DNA from: Lentisphaerae bacterium RIFOXYA12_FULL_48_11
GTDB taxonomy: Bacteria; Verrucomicrobiota; Kiritimatiellia; UBA8416; YA12-FULL-48-11
NCBI GenBank assembly: GCA_001804885.1
Contig: MHBM01000157.1
Coordinates: 16,629-80,628 of the forward strand
Reading direction: 5' to 3'
DNA length: 64,000 nt
The notes below the pieces were generated by a model that worked only from the letters and a program-made list of their open reading frames with translations, did not search any database and was not told where the DNA came from. This document shows positions 18,352-25,748 of this stretch, piece after piece (position 1 is the first letter of the stretch; the number at the start of each line of letters is the position of its first letter). The translations under genes were made by a program, and so were the position numbers.

Positions 18352-19754
18352 GGTACACTTACGTATACTTTTTCAAGCGGATACCATCCACTCACAGTCC
18401 TGCCATCAATGCCAAGCCGAATCACCGGCCGATCAGACCCATTCCCCTCAACCAATGCTACAGCAAGACGATAGCCGCCGGTTACATGTTTTTTGAATAT
18501 AACTTTTGTTTCTTCAATTACAGGCTTGTCTGGCATCCACTTGGAAGGCCTGCATGCCTCCAGCCAGCAGATATCAACAGGAAGATCAGATCCATCCAGT
18601 AATGCCAGCGCAACAGTACAGGGAACATAAACCGGGGCTACACCTTCATTGAACCAGGTAAAACGCGCTGTAAAGGAAGAACCACTGGTTATCTTCTCAG
18701 GGAATGCAGCTTCTTTCAAAACAAAGTGATATCCCATCCGATTGGCCAGTTTTTCTATCAAAGGCCTCTCAGCCTCCAGAAATCTCAACGATTCCTTTCC
18801 GCCATGGCTCAGGCCAATATAACTGGGCTTACCATTCTCGACACAGTCAACCAGCTTATGACCATGTCCCTTGTCGCCTTTACCGTCCCACCACCCTTTT
18901 TCCTTCATCCATGTATATGAACCGAAGAATTCAAACACACCCGGCGCATAACCAAATGCCCGCGCCGTTTCGCGGCCATCACTGTTTCCGCATATACCGT
19001 CCCGGCGTGCCGCAACACCCTGCTGCACAGCCCAGTCATACACAGATTGATGTGCTTTCGCTTCAGCAGATATGCAAAGCCTTGTCTTTTTGAATGAATC
19101 CAGATGCATTTGAACGTGGTGCTTGAATTCCTCCGCGGTCAATCCTTTACCGCCAAAGGGATGCATGTGTCCCTCGCCCCAGTTTCCATACGACCTGATG
19201 TCAATAAAAGCAATTCGTCCGTCACCATCAAACTTTTTACCCATTGCAGAGAGAAAGTTCCGCAGTTTCTCCAAGAATACAGGATCATAAAAATCCGGGA
19301 CAGCCTTCTGGCCAGGCACCCCGGCGTAGGGATTTGACACATCTTTCATGTCGATCATCCGGCACTTTGCACCTGCATCAAAAACCCATTTTGGCGTAAC
19401 GTATGGGTCTTTTGAGTGGGAATTGGCACACATCACTCCAAACGAGAATTGCTTGCCTGCCTTCGCCCATCCTGCCATTGCATCATCAATCTTCTTCCAG
19501 TCGTATTGCCCCTCCACAGGTTCAATCTCGGACCACGCGAAACGTTTATAGCCAATGGTTCCAATCGCCATGGCCGCAGGATCCTGCCAGTCAGCCAGCC
19601 CGTAGAGCACCCATCCCTTGCCCGGATTGAGCAGTATGTCGCCGCACGGCTTGGGAACGATGGTCTTTGTCCCTGGCGCTTCAACTCCTGAAAGCATCGT
19701 AACGAACGCGAGACACAAATATATGACAATGGAACTGAATATTTTCATTAGCAT
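18348..19754 (-). CDS. secreted TIM-barrel glycoside-hydrolase-like protein (DUF4874/DUF4832-type)
   Basis: Signal peptide present. NPGKGWVLYGL...FAWSEIEPVEGQYDW resembles the GH-like DUF4874/4832 family. A 4-bp overlap with the downstream esterase suggests an operon. Confidence 0.4.
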   Translation of the reverse strand: MLMKIFSSIVIYLCLAFVTMLSGVEAPGTKTIVPKPCGDILLNPGKGWVLYGLADWQDPAAMAIGTIGYKRFAWSEIEPVEGQYDWKKIDDAMAGWAKAGKQFSFGVMCANSHSKDPYVTPKWVFDAGAKCRMIDMKDVSNPYAGVPGQKAVPDFYDPVFLEKLRNFLSAMGKKFDGDGRIAFIDIRSYGNWGEGHMHPFGGKGLTAEEFKHHVQMHLDSFKKTRLCISAEAKAHQSVYDWAVQQGVAARRDGICGNSDGRETARAFGYAPGVFEFFGSYTWMKEKGWWDGKGDKGHGHKLVDCVENGKPSYIGLSHGGKESLRFLEAERPLIEKLANRMGYHFVLKEAAFPEKITSGSSFTARFTWFNEGVAPVYVPCTVALALLDGSDLPVDICWLEACRPSKWMPDKPVIEETKVIFKKHVTGGYRLAVALVEGNGSDRPVIRLGIDGRTVSGWYPLEKVYVSVP

Positions 19755-20035
19755 CCTCCTTGATTCCCTCGAATCATTCCGGCTTCAAAATAGCCTGCAA
19801 ATTCTCCCTGTTCAGCAATGCGGCTTCCTGCCAGTGTTCCAGGAAAGGTTTTACATCTGAAGCAAGCACAGCATCATCAAGATTCTGTACTTTATTAATA
19901 AGGAGATTTCTCCAATTTGCCGAATCCAGCGCCTCTTTGCCCTGTGTCTGGTCCAGCGCATTCTGGAGCTGAGCAAGGTTCGGTTCAACAGGAGTTTTCC
20001 AGCCTTTGAACATGGGGTATTTGGACGTTGAAACA

Positions 20036-21044
20036 TTACTTTCCGAGAATCGCTGCCTTACCTTTTGCTGTAAGCCGGTATTTCTGCAAACGGCTGTTGG
20101 GCTTCTCAGGTATCGTCATTTCAAGCAGTCCCATTTGTAACAGCGGATTTACGATCTGATCTCTAAATTTAGTACGATTGGTTCTATCCGCTAGTTTCAT
20201 CAATTCACTTATTGCGCTGTCCTTCTTGCATTTTCCCAAAATTCTAACTTGGTCCCGACTTGGTCCCGAATCAATGCTGTCATCGAAGACTTTGATTTGA
20301 ATATCCGTAGTGTTCCCATAGTCCCTGTGGCAGATGGCATTTACAACAGCTTCACGCAATGCCTCCAAGGGATAATCCCATATCTCGTCGCGACGGGGCT
20401 TGCCGGTTATCACAAACCTTACATTCGTGTGCTTTTTCAGGAAATCCATCGTTTCGTCAATCTGGCTGATTATGGGACCCTCAATCATGCGATTATCGGT
20501 AATATCAATCTCCGTCCTGAACCTCCCGCAATGAACGGTCGCCTGTCCTAACGGCGATTGCGGCGATTTACCAAATAACAGAACTGCAGCCCAAGTTGGA
20601 TACCCATCACGCATCAGCTCAAGCTTCTCAAGCACTTCCTGAGGCTTTGATCCCTTCGGGAAGTTCCGCCGACCGATGTTTGAAGCTAAATCCATATAGC
20701 GTCTGACACGAACAGATACCGGCTTAACAGGATACCTGAATGACGATTATGTCTTTCTTTTCAATCGAAACATGTTGAATATCCGGAATGACCCGAGGCT
20801 CCGTACAGGATGCAATTTTATCTGCAATTTCCCTTATGGTGTTTTTTCCAATAGTGAGTCCGGTAATGGCACCTGAGTCACTCACGCCTATCAGCAATGT
20901 GCCTCCACTTGCATTGGCAAATGCACCGATCGAGTGAAGAGCCTCTTCTTGAAAACTTTCCTTAAATTCAAGCGTCTGGCTCTCGCCCTCTTCGACCAGG
21001 CCTTTTATCTCATTAATATTCATAATTCCGGCTGCAATATACAT
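20036..21044 (-). pseudogene. AlbA_2 (Schlafen-like) + HATPase_c_4 + wHTH transcriptional-regulator gene (COG2865-like), split by a frameshift
   Basis: The N-terminal ORF (20724-21044; ...LEFKESFQEEALHSIGAFANASGGTLLIGV) is an AlbA_2 domain. The C-terminal ORF (20036-20695; ...ALREAVVNAICHRDY...TIPEKPNSRLQKYRLTAKG) has the HATPase_c_4 and wHTH tail. The C-terminal frame is open back to 20746, so it overlaps the N-terminal stop at 20724-20726. A single +/-1 indel between 20700 and 20746 would fuse the two. Confidence 0.6.
20089..20117. repeat. direct repeat copy 1 (aacggctgttgggcttctcaggtatcgtc)
   Basis: 27 of 29 positions are identical to copy 2 at 21351-21379. This copy lies inside the 3' coding end of the regulator gene. 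Confidence 0.8.
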
Positions 21045-21330
21045 AAGACGTCCTCACTGTTCAAAAGTATTGTGTGGCCCGTTTTGCCCGCGTTCTGCCG
21101 GCCATATGTACTGGAACTATTGTGATGAATTCCTTCCGAATAGGCTTCATTTTACCCCCGATATCCGATACATTCTAAATATGATTGGCTTACAAATAAC
21201 GCAGTGTTTTCAGATATATTTTACAATTAGCTACTATCATTATGATGCAAATGGCAACGTAGGCTAGCGAAAGGCTAAATGTGACCGGATTCTGCATGTT
21301 TGCTGGGAAAAATAGCAGATATCCCGACAT

Positions 21331-21424
21331 TCAACCAGCAGAAATCAATAAATGGCTGTTGGGCTTTTCAGGTATCGTCCATTCGATAAGATTGTATACC
21401 GGATCAGATGGAATGGTTATGCAT
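21331..21424 (-). pseudogene. remnant 3' end (~30 codons) of a second COG2865-like regulator gene
   Basis: An open stretch CITIPSDPVYNLIEWTIPEKPNSHLLISAG* with no start codon lies immediately downstream of ftsZ. It is homologous at both protein and DNA level to the C-terminus of the adjacent regulator gene. Confidence 0.5.
21351..21379. repeat. direct repeat copy 2 (aatggctgttgggcttttcaggtatcgtc)
   Basis: Same orientation as copy 1 and 1.26 kb away. On the minus strand it encodes ...LIEWTIPEKPNSHLLISAG*, which matches the ...LLEMTIPEKPNSRLQ C-terminal peptide of the regulator. Confidence 0.8.
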
Positions 21425-21452
21425 TAACACAGAACAAGGTACGGCAGGATTA

Positions 21453-22610
21453 TTATCGTTCGATCGCAATACCACGCCTGACAAATGTCGGAATATCAAA
21501 ATCTTCACCATCCAAGACAGTAGGCTCAACATCCTTGAAACGGCCCTTGCCGGTTGGTTCCAGCTTCAGTTTTGTCTGAAGATCCTTGGCCCTGGATTTG
21601 ATTTTTTTCGTCTTGTCCGCCGTTTCAGGCTCAGGAGCTTTGACCGGAGCAGGATCGGAAGACCACTGTTCAGAAGCTATGACGGTTATAGTAATGCGAT
21701 CATGCACATCATTATCAACGACTGTACCCATGAAAAGTTTTGCATCCTTCTGCTTTCGGGCAGAAATGGCTTTCATCACATCATCGATTTCCTTGAGAGT
21801 CAGATCCGAACCGCCCGCAATACTGACCAGCAGTGAACGTGCATTCGCAAGCACCTCACCCTTCTCCAGGAGTGATCCTTCAAGAATACTTTTCAGGGCG
21901 GCCTCGACACGCCCCGGTCCCACACCCACCCCGTAGCCGAATGTACATACTCCGCCACCGTTCCTGACAATGGCCTGCAGATGAGCGAAATCAAGACTGA
22001 TGAAACCAGGCCGCATGACCAGCTTCCAGATAGATGCTATGCCGTCACTGATTACCTCATCAGCCTTTTCAAAAGAATCGGCAACATTGGAAACACCTAT
22101 GAATTCAAACAGCCTTTCGTTGGGAACAACAATGAGAGCATCGGCGATTTCCCTGAGAGCCAGAACTCCCTGCTCCGCACACTCCTTTTTCTGTTGTCCC
22201 TCGAAATTGAACGGGAGAACGGCAAAGCAGAGAGTCAGGGCTCCTGCCTCACGTGCAGCCTTCAAGACCACCGGCGCCGCCCCACTGCCCGTTCCGCCGC
22301 CAAGTGCAACAACAAAAATCACAAGGTCAATACCTTCAAAAAGGCTGCGCACCATCTCAATGTCGTCTTCCGCGGCCAGCCGGCCCAGATTGACATCGCC
22401 GCCTGTTCCTAGGCCAGCTGTCCTGACCGTGCCAATCTGGAGCTTGGCGGTAGCATGCGACGAAGCAAGTACTTCCATGTCTGTGCTTATCGCGGCAATC
22501 GAGGGAGCACCTGGACAGGTACGGGCAATCCAGTCTACCACTTTGCAACCGCCTCCGCCTAGCCCGACTATGCTTACTTTTCGTTCGTGCATTAAACTGC
22601 CCCTTTGCAA
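21453..22610 (-). CDS. ftsZ: cell division GTPase FtsZ
   Basis: The tubulin signature GGGTGSGAAPV is present, with the N-terminal GLGGGG motif. The C-terminal conserved peptide is DIPTFVRR. Confidence 0.92.
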   Translation of the reverse strand: MQRGSLMHERKVSIVGLGGGGCKVVDWIARTCPGAPSIAAISTDMEVLASSHATAKLQIGTVRTAGLGTGGDVNLGRLAAEDDIEMVRSLFEGIDLVIFVVALGGGTGSGAAPVVLKAAREAGALTLCFAVLPFNFEGQQKKECAEQGVLALREIADALIVVPNERLFEFIGVSNVADSFEKADEVISDGIASIWKLVMRPGFISLDFAHLQAIVRNGGGVCTFGYGVGVGPGRVEAALKSILEGSLLEKGEVLANARSLLVSIAGGSDLTLKEIDDVMKAISARKQKDAKLFMGTVVDNDVHDRITITVIASEQWSSDPAPVKAPEPETADKTKKIKSRAKDLQTKLKLEPTGKGRFKDVEPTVLDGEDFDIPTFVRRGIAIER

Positions 22611-22615
22611 AATTA

Positions 22616-23827
22616 TCAGCCACCAATGAGCTTCTTGAACAGGGCGCCTATGCCCGTGCTTCGAGTACCCCTAGAATATTTGAATCCATACTGGACCATA
22701 CCAATGCAAGTGGCAAATTCCGGCGTCTCAGTCACAGACATAAGACCACTCACCCCGCGAGGCCTTCCAATCATGCACGGCAGACCAAAGATTCTTTCCG
22801 TAAGAGAGACAATCCCCCTCATGTGGGCACAGCCGCCAGTTAAGACAACGCCGGCACCGACATGATTCAGAATATCCTGACTGACCAGATGTTTTTTGAT
22901 CGTCCTCAGCACCTCATCGACTCGCGAACTCATTACGGTATGCAAGGAACGAAGGCTTATGGACCGCCCAGGAAAACCAACATCTGCCGGCACGGATATC
23001 TTCTGGCCTGTACTGGAAGAATCTATAACAGCGTTACCTGAGTCTCTCTTGAGATTCTCTGCATGTGACAGGGGAATATTGAATGCCAGCGCAATATCGT
23101 TGGTTATGTGATCTCCTCCAACGCCAAGAGCGCCTGCCGCTGCAACTACATTGTCGGCATATGCCACATAGTCAGTGGTTCCACCGCCAAGGTCGATAAC
23201 AATCACACCACCGGCCTTCTGCTCGGGGGTAAGGACCGCCAGCGCCGAGCAAAGCCCGCTGAAAGCCACGTCCTGGACTTCCATTGGAACACTGCGGACA
23301 ACCCTGACTGCGTTACGCAGACGATTACGAACCCCGTGCAACACGAGCATGTCAAGAGAGAGCTTTACGCCCTCCATACCTTCGGGTTGTATAACCATTT
23401 CCTGGTCATCAATACAGAAATGCTGACAAATCGTATGGAGAACGTCACGGTCGGGCGGAAGATTTACCGCGCGTGCAACTTCCATTACCTGATCAATATC
23501 CTCCTGGGTAATTTCGCCGTCATTGCCCTGTACTGGAACCGTACCACGGTTAACAAGACTTTGAATATGACCACCGGAAATTGCTAGATGCACCTGACGG
23601 ATCGAGACTTTGCCGGTTTCCTCAGCTTCTTCCAGGGCCGTTCGAACACACACGCCGGCATTCTCAAGATCCGTGATTTCACCCTTACGCACTCCTGTCG
23701 AGGGATGCTTACCCATGCCGGTAATCATCACGTGCCCGCCTTCACGCATTTCTCCAACCAGCGCAACAATCTTTGAAGTTCCTATTTCCAGTGCAACAAT
23801 CGGTGGTACAGCCATAGAAATTCCCAA
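22616..23827 (-). CDS. ftsA: cell division protein FtsA (actin-like ATPase)
   Basis: Motifs IVALEIGTSKIVALVG and VIDLGGGTTD (actin-fold phosphate loops). The position between ftsQ and ftsZ fits. Confidence 0.88.
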   Translation of the reverse strand: MGISMAVPPIVALEIGTSKIVALVGEMREGGHVMITGMGKHPSTGVRKGEITDLENAGVCVRTALEEAEETGKVSIRQVHLAISGGHIQSLVNRGTVPVQGNDGEITQEDIDQVMEVARAVNLPPDRDVLHTICQHFCIDDQEMVIQPEGMEGVKLSLDMLVLHGVRNRLRNAVRVVRSVPMEVQDVAFSGLCSALAVLTPEQKAGGVIVIDLGGGTTDYVAYADNVVAAAGALGVGGDHITNDIALAFNIPLSHAENLKRDSGNAVIDSSSTGQKISVPADVGFPGRSISLRSLHTVMSSRVDEVLRTIKKHLVSQDILNHVGAGVVLTGGCAHMRGIVSLTERIFGLPCMIGRPRGVSGLMSVTETPEFATCIGMVQYGFKYSRGTRSTGIGALFKKLIGG

Positions 23828-23844
23828 CCTGTCGTTCTCAGCCC

Positions 23845-24720
23845 TCAGCTGTCAGCATAAACCCTGTCATCAAGGGTCGCATTAAATCGTGACCTCTGTC
23901 GTCCATCTTCCGACTGCATTGATTCCACGACCCGGCCGAGTTTCTTTACAAGAGCCTGCCGCGATTCAGTGGTCCGCTTTCCCATGCCACGCCATGACAG
24001 GGTCACTTCCTTGACTTTACTACCGTCAGGAACATACAGGACAATATGCTCAGGATTATTAACCTCCACCTCATCTATGTGGAGCCCTATTTTCTGATCA
24101 TAGCAGGCTTCTACCACTTCCAGCGCCGCAATAGACATGCCACACAGGCGGCTCCCTGGCCTCAGGGAAGGATCACGGTAACCGGTAATGACAGGAAGCG
24201 CCTGGTAACCAGACCTTACGCCAAAAATATATCCTTCGGAATCTGCAACAAAAGGGCTTCTTCTTCCAATCCTTGCGACCGGAACACGTTCAACAACCCT
24301 GACGTGCAGGGTGTCAGGCAACTGACGCCTGATCTCCATTGATTTCACATTGGGAGACTGCCTTATGAAATCCTTCCGTATCTTTGCAATATCAAAAGCA
24401 AAAAGATTCATCCCTTCCTTTATCTGGGTATACTCCTTGATGAGGTCACTGGAAATTACAGATCCTTCCTGAATATTGAGATTCTTGATCTGGAACCTGT
24501 CATTACTGGAAAATAATGCCCGGCCTGCAAAACTGAAACCCAACCACAAAGCTATGGTAACGCCTACCACAACGATCGTAAGGAAAACGCCAACACCGAC
24601 CTTTTGTGAATTTTTCTTATCCACAAAACGGGTATTCACTTTCAGAATTGTATTTCGCCCAGTGGACCTGCCTCTGCGAAACAATCTTCGGTCCTGCGCA
24701 TCATCGTCATCAAACCACAT
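23845..24720 (-). CDS. ftsQ: cell division protein FtsQ/DivIB (POTRA domain)
   Basis: Bitopic layout: one transmembrane helix (VGVFLTIVVVGVTIALWLGF), then POTRA-like FQIKNLNIQEG... The location between ddl and ftsA fits. Confidence 0.7.
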   Translation of the reverse strand: MWFDDDDAQDRRLFRRGRSTGRNTILKVNTRFVDKKNSQKVGVGVFLTIVVVGVTIALWLGFSFAGRALFSSNDRFQIKNLNIQEGSVISSDLIKEYTQIKEGMNLFAFDIAKIRKDFIRQSPNVKSMEIRRQLPDTLHVRVVERVPVARIGRRSPFVADSEGYIFGVRSGYQALPVITGYRDPSLRPGSRLCGMSIAALEVVEACYDQKIGLHIDEVEVNNPEHIVLYVPDGSKVKEVTLSWRGMGKRTTESRQALVKKLGRVVESMQSEDGRQRSRFNATLDDRVYADS

Positions 24721-24848
24721 TGAAAATCACTTTCTAAACCTCCAGCGGAAACTTATACACATGAATTAGAAAATATGTTTCCCGCTTTTCCGGTTTGCTG
24801 GAATACTATACCACCGCTTTGACCAATGCCAAGAAATTTGAAACCCGG

Positions 24849-25748
24849 TTATTTATCATCAAGACAGGCTGTATTCATGATCCTGTCACAAAGGCTGGAA
24901 AAGCCTATTCCGGCCTGTGCCGCAGCCTTCGGAAGCAGACTGGTTTCCGTAAAACCTGGAATATTATTCAGTTCCAGGACATACAACCGTCCATCGCTCG
25001 CAAGACGAAAATCTACACGTCCCATTCCACGGCATCCAAGCACCTTAAATGTCTTAAGAGTAATTTCACGGCATGCCTTGACTAAACCCTCTTCTATCGG
25101 TGCAGGAACAAGATATTGACTGGCACCCTTGGTATATTTGGCATCAAACCCATACCAATCATCCGGCGCAACTATTTCCACAACAGGCAACACATCCTTA
25201 TCCACAACGCCAACAGTCAACTCACGACCGCTTATATATGCTTCAATAATCAGTTCCGGACCATAAGAGAACGAGTCTATCAGGGCTCTTTCCCATTCGG
25301 ATTCCTGGTTAACCTTATGTACCCCAATACTTGACCCCTGGCAGGCCGGCTTAATGACTACAGGTAAATCCAAGGATCTTTTCTCACCCTTTCTCAAAAC
25401 TTCGTACGCCGGAGTTGGGATTCCATTGGCAATAAATGACTTTTTGCTTAAAACCTTGTCAAATGACTGCCTGCTGGCTGCGGGTCCAGACCCGGTATAT
25501 GGCAAGCCCCTCTTCTCTAGAATCTCCTGAACCCGGCCATCCTCACCGAACTCTCCATGCAAGGCGACAAACACAGCTTCTATTCCAGTTGGTATCTGAA
25601 AATCCACGCCTTTGACATCAATTTCCTCAACCTCATACCCAGCTTCCTTCAAACCTCCAGCCACCGCCTTACCTGAACGCAAAGAAACCGCTCGCTCAGA
25701 AGAAGCGCCCCCCATTAATACTGCTACCCTTTTAAACCGCTTATTCAA
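24849..25748 (-). CDS. ddl: D-alanine--D-alanine ligase
   Basis: N-terminus VAVLMGGASSEREVSLRSG and ATP-grasp motifs (GEDGRVQ, ELNNIPGFT) are present. An 8-bp overlap with upstream murC/murB. Confidence 0.88.
   Translation of the reverse strand: MNKRFKRVAVLMGGASSERAVSLRSGKAVAGGLKEAGYEVEEIDVKGVDFQIPTGIEAVFVALHGEFGEDGRVQEILEKRGLPYTGSGPAASRQSFDKVLSKKSFIANGIPTPAYEVLRKGEKRSLDLPVVIKPACQGSSIGVHKVNQESEWERALIDSFSYGPELIIEAYISGRELTVGVVDKDVLPVVEIVAPDDWYGFDAKYTKGASQYLVPAPIEEGLVKACREITLKTFKVLGCRGMGRVDFRLASDGRLYVLELNNIPGFTETSLLPKAAAQAGIGFSSLCDRIMNTACLDDK

Noticed and set aside
22000-22629. A 209-aa plus-strand ORF and a 143-aa plus-strand ORF
   Set aside because: Both are antisense to ftsZ. They have Ala/Ser/Pro/Arg-rich low-complexity composition typical of reverse-strand reading of a GC-rich gene.
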